Shown: positions 45,558 to 59,762 of the stretch, piece by piece
Numbering within the stretch: the first letter of the stretch is position 1
How the letters are laid out: each line of letters starts with the position of its first letter
DNA from: Pseudogymnoascus verrucosus
Lineage: Eukaryota
NCBI GenBank assembly: GCA_001662655.1
Contig: KV460211.1
DNA length: 64,000 bases
Strand: one strand, 5' to 3'
Notes under the pieces: generated by a model
Database searches by the model: none
What the model saw: the letters and a program-made list of their open reading frames with translations, nothing else
Told to the model about the DNA's origin: nothing
Made by a program: the position numbers and the translations under genes

Positions 45558-45985
45558 AGTTTGATTGGGATGACTTAGGCAAACTTTAATTATGAGTGTC
45601 TCACATTCTAGATACATACCCTCTGACCACGTTGAATCTTATGCATCTTGTGCGATTTATAGCTATTATAACTCGATAAGTTGGAAGGAACATACCCGTC
45701 GCTCCTTCCATGAGAGATTTTTAAAGCTCACGAATTTCAGCTAGTTTATTGCGTAAGTTTCATGTATTTAGGTGTAATTGACGTAAATATATGTATAGTT
45801 AATTATATTTTTAAGAATAACGGAATTATTGAAGTTTTAATTAAGAGTTGAGTGAATTATATGTAATCATTGATTAAATACATGCAATACAGAATAGCCA
45901 AATCTAAAATATAATCCCATCCAGAATATGAAAGAGGGTATCGGGTATCTTATTTTCAAAAGTAAACAGGCAATATACATGATGC

Positions 45986-47672
45986 CTACACAAGAACATA
46001 GAGTGAGCAGATCATGCTCAGTCCCAAAATCATCGAGCTCCAGAATGCTGCATTATTCAAGACTCTCCTCCCCTTGCTCCACTTAGTTCGTTGTATCATA
46101 ACGATAGGCAGCTGGCTCATCTGGGCCAGAAATCCGTAGCCGCGGATCTTCTTCGTAATACACGCCATCACGATCTCGTGCCCGATGGCTGAGATAAGGA
46201 AGGTGATTAGGGTCGCCATGGGCTTGCCAATGTGTGGTACCGATGCGATGTATACGTGCCGTCTGAAGAAGTGGTGCACGGGAATATTCCACTCGCGACT
46301 GAACTCAAGCCAATCCGTGCTGTTCCACCAGTCACTGTAGAAGTGGCGGTCGGCGAAGCGGGTCATCTCGGCAAAGGCGCCGAGGGCGTACTCGAAGATG
46401 ACGAGGAAGACGAGGAGGAAGGTGATCATGAATGGGAAGAGGAGCTGGCTGATTGTCTCAGCGAGCACGAGGAGGGTCTCGGAGGCCGACGTTGCCTCTT
46501 GGATGCGCGGTCCTGAATTTTGAAGGACGGGAACGATGAATTCCTCGGACGTGATGGTGAGCAGGAAGATGACACCGAAGACTGCTAGGATCTTGTAGGC
46601 GAGTTGGTCCCAGCGGATGCGGGATGTGCGTGGGTATTCGAGCTCATAGCAGAGAGTCGGGCAGAAGAGGAAGTCAATAAAGTTTCCCCATGTGAGGTTC
46701 TTGGGGTATGCTTGGTTGCCGAGAGGGGATACGAGCTCGCGGGCCAAGTCCTCACGCAGAGAAGATAAATCCGATTTCTCGCTAGAGTTATAGGGGAAAA
46801 ACCCCTTGTCCTCAGCTGAGATGGGCCCCGAGGGGGGGTATTGGTATGCGGGCTCTTTAGAGGCTGTGGACGGCTTGTCAAGTTCCTTGAGGCGTCGTTC
46901 GGCCTCGCTGAGGTGGCCGTTGTAGAAGGCGTAGGAATGCATTTTCATTAGGAGTGTAAGAGTGTGGAGAACCAGGAAAACCTGCGCAGTCCATGTCCAC
47001 TCGAAGTGGAAAGGCACGGCGATCCATATCGAGAACCATGCAGCTTCAAAGAGGCTCTGGATGATCATCCCAGTGTTCTTCCACCGAAGTATGTCAAAGC
47101 TCCGGAACAGACGGTGTAGCGGCAGTGATATGCACATAGTTGCGGACATGAAGAAGTCGGCAACCGCCAATTCCCACGTCTTGACTGTGAACAGCTGCCA
47201 TATTTCGTGTCTGAAAGGATTGCCAGTATCCTTCATGTTTCTCGCCATAGTGGTAATGGCCATGATTGCCAGACCGATCCAAAACAGGACAAAGAATCCC
47301 TGGAAATCTCGATAATCGCTGTCGGGATCGAAATGTGACACTCGGGATGCATACTCTATGGTTGGGAAGAGGCGCCGGCGGACGTCTGCTCTGACTTGTT
47401 TCCGTGTGCTCGACACGACCTGGACGGATGGAGGGGCATCTGACGGAACTGGCGTGGAACGACCACTGTGGACAAATGAGCACCTGCGCATGGTTTCCTT
47501 GGGGCAAAAGTTACCTTGTGTGTGAAGAGCTTGAGCCTGTTTCTCCCATGTCCATTGTCATGGATTCTGTACTTTTTGTGCGTGAGACCCGCGGATTGGC
47601 CGGCTTTCCCAGTCGAGGCCGCACGGTGCTTTCGTGGTTTCCATTGATATGTGCTCTGGCCGTGGAAGCCAT
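45986..47672 (-). CDS. are2: Sterol O-acyltransferase (Are1/Are2, MBOAT family), 1 intron
   Basis: LLMKMHSYAFYNG, PTLCYELEYPRT, FADRHFYSDWWNS, SREWNIPVHHF and SAIGHE. Start MASTARAH at 47672, with an intron near 47466-47514. Confidence 0.9.
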
Positions 47673-48324
47673 TTTATTGCATAAAGAGAGGTGCTTGTTA
47701 AATAGCGCGTCGTATCTCTAGCCACAGTGGAAGGACCAAATCATTAAATACTTTTGCCGCCCCTCAACCGCAACGTACGGTATAGTAAGCAGCGTGTTTA
47801 TACCGAGCTTGACGGATAATTGTGTTGGAAAGGAAGAATCAATGGTGCATGTGAAGGTAGATTATCGAAGCAAGAAGGACAGAACGGCCGAGATATCCGA
47901 TAGTTGAGGGGTGGTGAGCGATATATGTCCTTCTACGAAGCTCTGGAATAGCATGAATTCGGGGTCGAAGTATCCGGGGCGGCGGACCCGCGGCAGCAAA
48001 ACGACATCATCGGTATCCTCTGACAAGTGGCGTATGTGGCGCGTCGGCATTGTTGAGCCACAACCTCCGAGCCTCACCAATTGGGTGGGTGTCTCTAATT
48101 GGCTGCTGATTTTAGTATGCAACCCCAATGTTTCGCTGTGGTCCATCCCGCACAAGCGAAAGGTGTTGCTCCCTATGATCGCCCAGGGAAACCTCACTAT
48201 ATACGCATTTTACGGCCTTTCTATTTACAAATGATAGTTTAATCAACACGGCGAAGACGACCTGGACCTTATCTGCTAGAGGAGAACTGACTTACGCCCC
48301 AGACCGGGGTCTTAACAAGCCAGG

Positions 48325-50993
48325 ATGAGTTCTTGTAGGCAACAAGTTGCCCCTCGGTCCTGAGGTTGAAGCTGACCAGTACCCAGTGAAGCAGTTCATC
48401 CGGAACGTTCGCGCATCGAAAACAATCGCCGACGAGCGTGCCGTGGTTCAGAAGGAGAGTGCAGCTATCCGCGCGAGCTTCAGGGAGGAAAGCGGAGACC
48501 ACAATGTTCGGTTCGTTGGCTCTTGATAAGCCTCCATAGGGATGGGAGCTGACTCAAATTATCATACAGAAGGAACAATGTAGCCAAATTATTATACCTC
48601 TTTACCCTCGGCGAACGGACGCATTTCGGACAGATCGAATGTCTCAAACTGCTGGCCTCCCCTCGATTCGCGGATAAACGATTGGGATACCTGGGAACGA
48701 TGTTGCTTTTGGATGAGAACCAGGAGGTTCTGACGCTCGTCACAAACTCTTTGAAGAACGACCTGAACCACTCGAACCAATACGTCGTTGGGCTGGCTCT
48801 GTGCACACTCGGAAATATTGCCTCGGTCGAGATGTCGAGAGATTTATTCCCCGAGATCGAGACCCTCATTTCAACAGCGAACCCATATATTCGGAGGAAA
48901 GCGGCCCTATGCGCAATGCGGATTTGCCGAAAAGTACCCGATTTACAAGAACATTTCGTTGATAAAGCTGCCAACCTCCTGTCAGACCGCAACCACGGCG
49001 TCTTGCTGTGCGGCTTGACCTTGGTTACTAGCCTTTGTGAGGCTGATGAGGCCGAGGGCGGTGAGGAGGGAATCGTTGAGAAGTTCCGACCGCTGAGTGG
49101 ACAACTGGTGCGGACTTTGAAGGGACTGGCCAGCTCTGGATACTCCCCTGAGCACGACGTTACAGGCATCACCGACCCCTTCCTACAAGTTAAGATTTTA
49201 CAGCTCCTGAGGGTTCTGGGACACGGCGATGTGCAGACGAGCGAGCATATCAACGACATTCTGGCACAAGTCGCAACCAACACCGATTCTACAAAGAACG
49301 TTGGAAACTCTATCCTCTATGAAGCCGTTTTAACTATTCTCGATATTGAGGCCGACTCCGGACTTCGTGTCCTTGGTGTCAATATCCTCGGAAAGTTTTT
49401 GGCGAATAGGGACAACAACATCCGTTATGTGGCACTCAATACTCTTATTAAGGTCGTAGCGATTGAGCCCAATGCCGTCCAAAGGCATCGCAACACCATT
49501 TTGGAGTGTTTGCGTGATCCCGATATTAGTATTAGAAGGCGAGCTCTCGATTTGAGTTTCACGCTTATCAACGAGAGCAACGTGAGGGTTCTTATTAGGG
49601 AACTGCTCGCTTTCTTGGAGGTTGCAGACAACGAGTTCAAGCCGATCATGACCAGTCAGATTGGAATCGCTGCGGATAGGTTCTCGCCGTCGAAGAGGTG
49701 GCACGTGGATACGATGCTTCGTGTTCTCTCGCTCGCCGGAAACTATGTCAAGGAGCAGATCCTGTCCTCGTTCATCCGACTCGTTGCAACCACCCCAGAC
49801 CTGCAGCAATACGTTGTACAGAAGCTATACACCGCGCTAAGGAAAGACATCACCCAAGAGGGCCTCACATTAGGAGGAGCATGGTGCATTGGCGAATTCG
49901 CCGATCTTCTTCTGAAGGGCGGAAACTACGAGGAGGTCGAGCTAGTCCAAGAAGTCAAGGAGAGCGAGGTGATCGACCTCTTCTCAACCATCCTCAACAG
50001 CAGCTACGCCACCCAATCCGCAAACGAATACATCATCACGGCCCTCATGAAACTCTCAACGCGCTTCACTGATGCCGCCCAGATCGACAGGATCCGCCGC
50101 ATCCTCGCGGGCCACTCTCGCAGTCTCGACGTCGAGGTCCAGCAGCGTGCCGTCGAGTACGGTAATCTCTTCGCGCACGACGCCATCCGTCGCGGTGTGC
50201 TTGAGAAGATGCCTCCGCCACAGATTAAGGAGGAGTCGCGCGTTCTCGGCGAGGCAACCAAGAAGCCCAAGAAGAGCGCGGCTGCTGCTAACCGCCGCAC
50301 TGCGCCCGCCAAGAAGAACGCCAGCGAGGACCTGCTCTTCGACCTCATGGGCGACGACAGTGGTGCGCCGCAGGCTGATCTCGGCGCCGCGATGGGCGGC
50401 CAGCAGAACACCGATCTCCTTGCTGATATCCTCGGCGGGACTACCTCGCCTGCGCCGTCCGCTAAGTCCGGCAGCAATGTCAACGACATCATGAACCTCT
50501 TCGGCCCCTCCGGCGCGACATCACCCATCGTCCAAAACACCCCCGACATGTTCTCGAGCATGTCTCCCGCCCCCACCGCACCATCGCCACAACCCGCCGG
50601 CGTTCTGCCGTGCTACTCCAAGAACGACCTCAACGTGACGCTGCAAGTGCAGCGCAACGCAGAGGGCGTGGTGCTAGTGACCGCGCGCTTCGCGAATGCG
50701 TCGTTCACGGATAGCAAGTCTGCCGTTGGACTGCAGGCTGCGGTGCCGAAGACGCAGAAGCTGGCGCTGAATGCGATTACGAGCCAGGAGTTGGGGCCGG
50801 GGCAGGAGGCGACTCAGAGTATGCGGATTACGGGGAGTAAAGGGGTGAGTCTTGCATCTTTCTGTTTGGTAATGTGGAGGAGTTCAATACTAACGATTGT
50901 TTTTAGCCGTTGCGATTGAGGCTAAAGATTTCGTATGCTACGCCTGCGTTGGGGAGTTTGGTGGAGCAGGTGGATTGGTCGGAGCCGAGGTAG
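48325..50993 (+). CDS. apl4: AP-1 adaptor complex gamma subunit (gamma-adaptin), 3 introns
   Basis: MSS|LKQFIRNVRASKTIADERAVVQKESAAIRASFREE..|RNNVAKLLYLFTLGERTHFGQIECLKLLASPRFADKRLGYLG, adaptin-N repeats and a GAE ear (LQAAVPKTQKL..PLRLRLKISY). Confidence 0.95.
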
Positions 50994-52315
50994 AGTGAGT
51001 GTGAAGGAAGGAAGGAAGGATTGGATGTTGCATTGAGCGTTTTGAAGGGATTGGGCTTGATGGGATGTGCGTCAGGCGGGCATGTCAAGGTGGTAAGGGG
51101 GGTTGGGTAAAAAGGCCACATTCTAAAATATTAAGCATAAACCTTCAGTATAATATGAGCGAGGGGCTATAGATGCGTGATATTGTTTATGTGGTGTAGG
51201 AGTAGAAAGACATCGTCTCATTATTTTCGAACATGGACGAGTTCTCATAATTTTTTTGATCACCAGCCAAAATTACTACAGAATTCGAGAGAGAAATGGA
51301 CAAGTTAATATTATTATGCTGTATTCATACAGTTATAGTACACCACCAGACGCTTACATACACTACTATACAGAGCCACCCACCCCAACACCAACAGACA
51401 TCCTTCCTCAGACTCGACTCGAACAAAAGATCAGCTCAGGTAGGAGGATTACGAGAACATCATGGACACAAGACACGACAACCAAAGCAGAAGAGCATAG
51501 AAGTCAGGTACTGTTATCATATATGTATGTTCATGGATCTCGTGGTGCGCCGCGAAGCAGCCTCCTCTCTGTCTGTCCTATCTCGATCTCATCCAGTCCA
51601 GTTCGGTCAAGTCCAATCCAATCCACTCACTTCTCTCTCTCTCTACCCTCCACCACCAACCACCTCTCCTCTCCTCTCCATCCTCTACCTACTTCTCATC
51701 TCCTCCCCTCCTCTCAACCTCCACCAGTAAACGGCAAAAAAAAAAGAGGTAACTACAAAAACAAGTCGAAAAAACTCATCAATACGACGCAAAAAACGGC
51801 CGTTAATAAGTTCATCAAACGGAAGGGTACCGATCTGGTCCAATCCAATCCAAACGCCTTCCCACCCACCATCCCGCTCACCCATCCATCCGTCAAATGC
51901 AAAACAAAAGCGAGAGAAAATGCCGCGCTGTGGCCCTCTCCGCCCATCCCATACCTCCTGTCCCGTGTCCGTTCCCAGTGTGTGTGTGCTGTGCTGCGCT
52001 GTCCTGTGCCGCCCGCCGCTGCTGCCTGTTTGCTCGTCGTGAAAATGCTCGAATGAATAGATAAAAAACAACAAGTGACAAAAACATGGAGGAACAATAA
52101 ATAGTAGTAATAAAAAAAGTAGTAGAGGTTTCGGTCGTTACTGCGTTATTTGTTGGATATACATGGGTTTGAATCGAAGAGATCGATAAAAAACAAAAAT
52201 GGTGCGAAAGATCAAATGCTCGGTCTCTCACTTTGTGGACTCGACAGGCCATCCCCGCCAGCGAGATCATCAGATCCCAACTCGGCAGAAGAAGACCCAG
52301 GAAAGAAGCCAGCTC

Positions 52316-54181
52316 CTACGCATACGCAGCAGCAGCTTCTCCCCGTCGGGACTGCGGATAGTAATCCGTGGTCTGTCCGGGGCGATAATAATCGCCATAA
52401 GTGACATCCTCCGGGCGAAACGCCGGCGCGTACTTGACCTCGCCAAAGAACGATCCGCCGCCAGGGCTGGACTGCTGCTGCACACCCCTCGGGACGTCAC
52501 GCTTTGATCTCGGCGGCGCGTCGTCGGTGGGGGATGCGTAGTAGGTGGTCGGCGTGGTGCGGGAGCTGGTCCGGACGGAGGAGCTAGCGCGGGCCGATGA
52601 TGTGCTGGAGCGGGTGACGGGTGGGCGGTCGGGAACGCGGGCGGGAGTGCCGCGGGGGCTTTCGCTGCGGTCGCGTCCCGATACGAAGGAGTCGTCGCGG
52701 AGAACCTTGCGGTGCGAGGAGCGGGCGATAGGGACTGCGCGGGACTTTTCGATGACGTATCGCTTTTGGGTGCCGGTCTGGATGGGGGGGCTAGTGCGTG
52801 GGGCCCGCGACGGGCTGGCGTAGCGGACGTGGCCGTCAGAATCCGAGTCGGAGGAGGAGGAGGAGGGGGGATAGTATTCGGTTTGGAGGCGATGTGGTCG
52901 AGGTTTCTCGCCGTTGTTGAAAGTCGAGGCGCGTGGGAGGGGTGGTGGGGGCACGGTCGAAGCAGATGAGCGGCGAGGGTAGTCCGATTGTATTGTTTGG
53001 GCGCGCTGGGGTTCCTTGCGGCGTGGTTCGGCAACGAGGGGAGGCGCCGAGGAGTGAGACTGGAGAGAAGGTTTGCGGGAAGAGGGGTCGGCGGTAATGA
53101 TGTAGGGCTCGTTTCCTGGGGGAATGCGTGGGGGAAGAGCGTCAGAAGGTCGGCGAGAGCGAGGGCGGGCAGAGGAGCGGCGGGGTTCGTCGTCCGAGTC
53201 GGCATCGATGTAGGTCTGTGGGGGCGGAGCTGGGTAACGCGTGGCGTACGGCGGAGCGTGGTAAGTCTCTGAGCGCCGCATGGTTGGGGGACGGAACTCA
53301 GTCTCGGGGCTCTTGCCCTTCGACTTCGACTTCAGTATATACTGCGCGGCAGTCTCACTGCTATGTTGGAGCTTGCGTGTACGCTCGGAGATAGTGAACT
53401 CGTTGGTCTCGCCGCCCTTCATGGTGACGTGGATCTTGTCGTCGGACCTTTTGCTCGAGCGACGCTCGGAGCGCGGTGACCGGTATTCGTCGGAGTCGTC
53501 TTCGTCAACGATGAAGGGCGTGCGGCGGCTGCTCGTCTTCTCCTCGACGCCCTTCCTGCGCTCCTTGTCACGGGACTTCTTCGACGCGCTCAGGTTCTTC
53601 TTGTTGAGGTCCTTCTCTCGGCGCTGGCGCTCACGCTCCTCGCCGAGTCTTTGGTGCCTCTCATCTTCCCTCGAGGGCGTCTTCCGGTCCTCGTAGCTCG
53701 CCGCTTTCCTCGCGGACCTGGATCCCATGTCGTGCACCCTCGGTGGAGAGACCTCTTCGTACGATGAAGGCCTCGCATACACCCTCACGGGTGATGGCGC
53801 CCTTGAAGTCTTAAACCTCGACGATCTCGGCTCTGCTGTCCTGACCTCGTAATCGAACACAGGGGGGTTATGGGTTTGCGGTGACGATCTCGCGCTCTGC
53901 GGGGTGCTCTTGGGTACCTGCGACCTTAGTGTATCCCGGAAAGCGAACATCTTTATCTTCTCATCGTATTCGGTGCGTTTGTTGTCATCGGTGAGGAGCT
54001 CGTAGGCCTGTTGTACCTTCTGGAACTCATCTTGCTTCTGGGCCTTCAGGGTCGGGTCCTGAACCTTATCCGGATGGCACTTGAGCACGAGTTTCCTGTA
54101 GGCGCTCTTGACCTCTGAGATGGCGGCATCCTTGGCTACGCCGAGGGCCTTGTAGGGATCTGGGGGGAGAGGGAGAGACAT
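52316..54181 (-). CDS. J-domain (DnaJ type III) protein with a long disordered Ser/Arg/Pro-rich tail
   Basis: DPYKALGVAKDA..VKSAYRKLVLKCHPDK..EFQKVQQAYELLTDDNKRTEYD, containing the HPD motif. Confidence 0.9.
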   Translation of the reverse strand: MSLPLPPDPYKALGVAKDAAISEVKSAYRKLVLKCHPDKVQDPTLKAQKQDEFQKVQQAYELLTDDNKRTEYDEKIKMFAFRDTLRSQVPKSTPQSARSSPQTHNPPVFDYEVRTAEPRSSRFKTSRAPSPVRVYARPSSYEEVSPPRVHDMGSRSARKAASYEDRKTPSREDERHQRLGEERERQRREKDLNKKNLSASKKSRDKERRKGVEEKTSSRRTPFIVDEDDSDEYRSPRSERRSSKRSDDKIHVTMKGGETNEFTISERTRKLQHSSETAAQYILKSKSKGKSPETEFRPPTMRRSETYHAPPYATRYPAPPPQTYIDADSDDEPRRSSARPRSRRPSDALPPRIPPGNEPYIITADPSSRKPSLQSHSSAPPLVAEPRRKEPQRAQTIQSDYPRRSSASTVPPPPLPRASTFNNGEKPRPHRLQTEYYPPSSSSSDSDSDGHVRYASPSRAPRTSPPIQTGTQKRYVIEKSRAVPIARSSHRKVLRDDSFVSGRDRSESPRGTPARVPDRPPVTRSSTSSARASSSVRTSSRTTPTTYYASPTDDAPPRSKRDVPRGVQQQSSPGGGSFFGEVKYAPAFRPEDVTYGDYYRPGQTTDYYPQSRRGEAAAAYA

Positions 54182-57100
54182 CGAATGTGTGTTGTTGTAG
54201 TTGTGCTCGGAATCGGGCAGCCTGTCTTCGCTATCTCATCGCAGGTGGGGGTATCGATCGGTGTAGTCCGGAGGGGTTGGGAGACTTATCGAAGGGTGGC
54301 GGTATCGTATATGTCGACGGAGATAGTTGAGATGGTGGTTATAGGGATGGTCGTGTGTAGGTGTAGAGGTGTTGTTGAAGTGAAGGAGTACAAAGATCAA
54401 TGAAGTGGCAAGAGAGAGCACTTATATGGGAGGCAAACAGACTGGCTGCGAAGTCGATGCTAGAGAGTGAGTCCCTGAATGAACGTCACTCAACGGTTCG
54501 GGCCAGGGCGGGCGTTTGTAAAGTGACAGATTCGGTCGGGGAGAGCGACGGAAGGGTTGCTTGGTAAGCTATCGGAAGGGCGAAGGGCCAATTGGAAGAG
54601 AGATTAGGGACTTAGTGAGCGATTAGACCAGGAACGAAGGCGAAGGCGGAAGATTTTCGCTAGAACGGGCGGCGGTGGCGATGAGGAATCACCGTATAAA
54701 GCTGACTATGGGGATGCGAATGCGTCGTAATGAGTGATGATGAGTCTAAGAGGTGATGTGTTGATGGTCGTTTGGTTCGGTGGTTTGGCGGGCTCCGGAT
54801 GAATTGGGGCGGTATAGCAGGGTGAAACGGACCACCAGGGAACGATGATGAAGCAGAAACAGGGCGCTCCTGCTGGAATGGACGAGAAGAGAAGAGAAGA
54901 GGCGTGTGAGTGTGTGAGGGTGTGAGATTGAATAGCAACAGTGAGGGTTGATCTTGTCAGTCAGTTGGTGTTGGTTGTTGTATGGCTGGTGAAGGTGAAG
55001 GTGTTGTTATTGTTATTGTTATTGTGGTAGGTAAGGTATAAGGTAATGGATGAGAGAGTGGCACTTGTGGAGTGGCACTGTGCAGTGGCAGTGGGGTAGA
55101 ATGGAGTAGTAGATAGTAGAGTGACCAGGAGAAGCGGAGGATGGCGAGGTTGATGATGCGGCCGGGTCGTTCGTGAGGTCTCAGGTCTCAGATGTGGATT
55201 GTGGATGGGGTCAGGTCAGGTCGGTCCAAGGTCAGGTATCCACAGGTCTGCTTGCTTTGCTATTATTGTACTGGATGGAGTATACGCAAGACGCAAGACG
55301 CAGCAACCAAGACGCAGCACTTAATTCTGGATAGTCGTGATAGTCCCCAAGACGACGAGAAAGCGGGTCGTCCAAGAGTTGGCCCCCCCGCGTTATTTGA
55401 TAGCCCTTGACAGTATTTGACAGGAAAAGGTTAGAGTAAATGTAGTCGAATGTAAGTCGACCTGGGCTTCCCAGACGTGGCGGTGAGGTAGTCGCCCACT
55501 GGTTTAGACTGGCCTCGGACTGGCTCCAGATGGTCTGCACTGGCACCCAACTACCAGTCTAACGAACGAGGCGAATCGCAGGCAAGCGGATGATGTTCCT
55601 CTAGAAGGCCTGTATACGGTCCGGTTTGGTCCTGTATGTGGTCGATGTGGTCGATTATGGTCTGTATGCGGCCTGTATAGTACCAAGAAGAGTTACGAAA
55701 GTAGCCAATTGACTCGTGAGATCAATTCCGCGCTGCTGTCCGATTCCTGACCGGATACGCCCTGAATAGTGTATAGCCTTTCAATGCGATATGCGAAGTG
55801 GTCCGTCTTCGGCCAAATCTGCGACGAAGGTGAAGCGCAGCGCCCTGGTAGAGTGTGGGGTGGGAGGGGAGAGGAGGGAAGGCACGAGGGGGAACCGGGA
55901 GCCTGCCGCAGTTCGTTTGTTCGCTGAGCCGTACGGGGAATAAGGAATAAGGAAGAAGGTCGATGGAAGGGAGGGGATTGGGGGCACAGGATTGATGATT
56001 GATGACGGGCGGATTCAGGGCGGAAGGAGGCGCTTCGTTTGGCAGGATGAGAGGAATGGGATGGGATGGGATTGGGGGCAAGATACGAAGGAAGTAAGAT
56101 ATTAGGGATCCCAAGGCTGATCATATAAAAATCTGACATTCCAACGCCTCACTCTTGTTACATACCGCACGAGGCTGCTGCTTTCTTACAGAGCGTGAAT
56201 CTATTTACAGTATACTCGAACTACAAAGAAGCCTGCCCCCACCATCACCGAGTTCAGGCAAGGCTCACTCTCCCCTACCACGCCGCCGTACTTACGCCCA
56301 TCACATACCTCTCGAGTAGAGTGGACAGTGCCGCTGTGGCTGAACCCTTGTCTCCTGTCGCCAACGGCGATAGACATAGACCGCAGCGGGAACGGGGAGG
56401 GGGAGGGGACGGAGGACGGGGGGGAGGGATGAGGGGTGGTGGGAAAAGAGGACACCAGGCAGCCAGATCGGGACACCCAGGTCCGGTGTCACGATGCAGG
56501 AACATATAGCTCGAGGCGAGCGAGGGAGGAGAAGGCAAACGTCGAGATACGACAAGACCAGACTAAGACCAGACAAGACATGGCCGAGAGTGGCAATCGC
56601 GCTCAGCCATCACGCAGTCGTCACCCCGCGCTTGGGAGGTGATGGGATTGCCACGGACGCAGCCAGAGCCAACCAGGAGATGGCAGGTGTGCACTGGCGC
56701 GGAGCGTGATAGCCATAGCGGTGGTGATGGTGGTGTATGTTCCCTGGTGGTGGTGATGGGGATGGCGACGACGAAGCCGAGGGCAAGGGGAGAGGGGAGG
56801 GTCCACTATAGCTACTCTATAATCCACATACTGTAGATTATAGCCGTTCAGGGGTCTGTGAGAGAAGCAAGTATGGAGCTCAATATGGAGAAATGGCCAC
56901 TTCAATGATGCTGTACCGTGCAGATACAAGCTGGAGATATGGAGATGGCTTGAGTCGAGCTGATACAGTCCTAAAGTGCTGTATGGGGGACAGCATGATC
57001 GATCATCAGGACCGGCCGCAGCGCACGAGAGTGGAGAGGAGTGGAGAGTTAACGTGATCAATAGGTGGTGAGTGGTGGAGTTGACAAGGAAAGGACCAGA

Positions 57101-59090
57101 AAGACCCTCTGCGCCGATGGAGGGGAGATGGCGGGAGAGACAAGTATCCACCTGGGTGTCTATCCGTCGTCATGAGAGCAAAGGAGTGTGTATCGTATGT
57201 GTATAGTAGAGCATGATACAGTATACTACAGTCCAGTACAGAACAGCCAGTCAGTCGCTCCTGCCCTCTCGTGCCTCTCCACCATTAATGGCCTCAAAAC
57301 GGCCTCAAAACGTGCATCCATACATACCAAGTAGTAGTAAATCATGGCAACCCCCATGCGGAAGTTGAAGGCGAGGGGGTAGAGGGGTATCTTTCCCATA
57401 CCCCTCCCACCACCGATCGTCAAACCCTCCCCCTTCCCTTCCCTTCCATCCCACCCTCCTCCCTCCCTTCCTCCCCTCTTCCCGCCCCTCACAACCGCAT
57501 GCTCCACTCCCCCCCCCTCGCCCCCCATCCCAGTGCCATCCCACCAACCCAAACGCCGACCCAGAACCCGGCTACTGCGCCTCCCTCAACGAGGGAACCA
57601 GTGAGACGCAGGCGCCGAACCACCGACCCTGCGCGTCCGTCCTACCAGCGGTTGGCATGGTGGCACACACGCTACGCGCCGCGATGCGGGTGGGTTTGTC
57701 CGCGGACGAATCAGGGGGGTGGTGAGGCGGGGACAAGGCGGGTCGTCACATCGATCGTGCAGGTGAGGCCAACCAGTGCAGGGCAACTACCTTGTGTTGT
57801 TTGTGGTGTGGTGTGCTCAGTGGATTTGTTTTGGCTGGACTCCGCTGGGTGAGAGGGAGGGAGTAGGTGAGGGGTGAAAGGGAGACCGTGTGGTGCGTTT
57901 GGTGCGGGGTTAAATCGAGTCGAGTCGGTGGTGGTGGGTGATAGATGGCTTTGGCTTGAGGGTGCGAGCGCGGGGTGGTGGGGTGAAAGATGTGCGCACA
58001 GCATCCCTCGAGTGAGTACGCTGATAGGTAAGTTATGTCTCTCGATATAGCCAATTGCGGGAAGTGACGGCGCGGGGGGAGGACGAGATGGGCGATGGGA
58101 GAGGGATCTGGGCCGGGGAGAGGAGGACGACGTGACCTGTGGGGAGATGCTGTAGCTGCGTACTACTGATGCCGCCGTATCTCGTACTGAATGGACTGGA
58201 TGGACTGGATGGGGAGTGAAGGTGGGTTTACTGGAGGACTACTGACCTCTACGATGGCCTCAGTCAGCTTGTACATTACTGTATGCTCGTTTACAGCGTT
58301 CGTCTACAGTTACGTTACGCGCGTATACGAGCACTCTCATTCTCACTCTCACGCTCACTGTATCTCACATGCCCGCTGTATCTCGAACACATCGACGGCA
58401 CAGATACAGCTGACTGTGGAGAGACAGTGGAGAAAACGACGCGCAAGCCACAGCTCACTAAGTACCCCCGCGCTTCCGCGTCCAGTACCGGCCCGGCTGA
58501 AGACATGTGGCGAGTGAGTGAGTGCACGACATCGTCAGTGGCGCAGGCCCTTGAATCGCGGTGGACAGGGTATCCAACATCCCGCTCCGGAGAGAGATCC
58601 ATCAAGGCCAAAGTCAAAGCCAAAGCCAAAGCAGACATCCCGCTCTCTCCCCCCGCTCTCCCCTCTCTAGGACAGGACCCTTACTCGCGACCAACCCTCT
58701 GGTCACACCCCCTCCCCTCCCCCTCTCAAGCAAGCACCCCCACTACATGAAACGCAAATCGGGAGCTGTGCAGCTTCCCCTCCATCCTCCTCCCCAACTC
58801 CTCTCTGAAACGATGACATTCCGTGCTCCTGCCTCCAACGCGGTGGTGCCTCGAAGGTAGGTAAGTAAGGTGGTGCGTGCGTACCTACATCCCACCAACG
58901 ACCAACGACCCCCAACGTCCAGGCCGCAGCCAAGAGACCACCCCCTCCCCCTTTTGCGAACACCGAAGCGGCCGCAGGATGCAGGCCATTCCTAGATCCC
59001 CTTTTCCAACGCCCGGGTAACGAGGAAGGGGGATTTTGGGATGGGGCAGCCTTGTGGGATCAGGTTGGGGGGGTGGTAGAGCCTTGGTGG

Positions 59091-59245
59091 TTGAGGCTGG
59101 AGCTGGCTTTTGGGAAGAGGGGGTGAGTTGAGCCTTGTGAGTGGAGGCTGGAGCTGGCTTTGGGAAGGGGGGGGGGTTGGGATGAAGCTTGAGTGGGTTA
59201 GGCCTGAGATGGGATCGTTGGATGAGGCTTGAGTGGGTTAGGCGG
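59091..59245 (+). repeat. Short direct repeats (GAGGCTGGAGCTGGCTTT x2; GCTTGAGTGGGTTAGGC x2)
   Basis: Copies near 59093/59144 and 59187/59227. Confidence 0.8.
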
Positions 59246-59762
59246 GAGATGTCAGCGTTGGAGATGGCGGGGGTGGGTTGGGTGTTGGGATGTCATCTGG
59301 GGTTGAGGCTGGGGGGAGGGGGGATCGTGTGATGAGGCTATTTTGAGGTGGGATTGGAGAAGGCTCTGGGGTGAGGCTTGGGTGGATTGGGTTTGGAAAA
59401 GGCTCGTGGGAGACGGGGAGGGTGAGTTAGGCTTTGAGGTTTGAGTAAGGTTAGTTTTGAGAGGGAATTGTCGGGACAAGGCTGGGAATGTCAGGCTTCA
59501 CTCAAGCTTCATGGGGACGAGACTCGAGGATATTAGGCTTCTAGAAGCCATCAAGGATGAGGCATAAAGGCGTTAGGCTTCACTCAATCTTTATGAGAAT
59601 GAGGCGCGAGCCTGCCCCAAGGCTGGATCTCGGTGTGCCGTCGCTGAGCGATAGATAGTGAGGGAAATATGATAATCTGAAAATGGCGTCGGTGAGTGAT
59701 TGGCAACGATGATAACCACACCAGATACTAACATCCCCTTGCTCCTCATAGTTTTGTAGCCT

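Noticed and set aside
45600..45960. AT-rich stretch beside the tRNA as a RIP-degraded transposon
   Set aside because: No terminal repeats or coding remnants are visible; it is compatible with the are2 terminator region.
51256..52056. 266-aa plus-strand ORF
   Set aside because: TTG start, low complexity, and antisense to the likely long 3' UTR of the J-domain gene.
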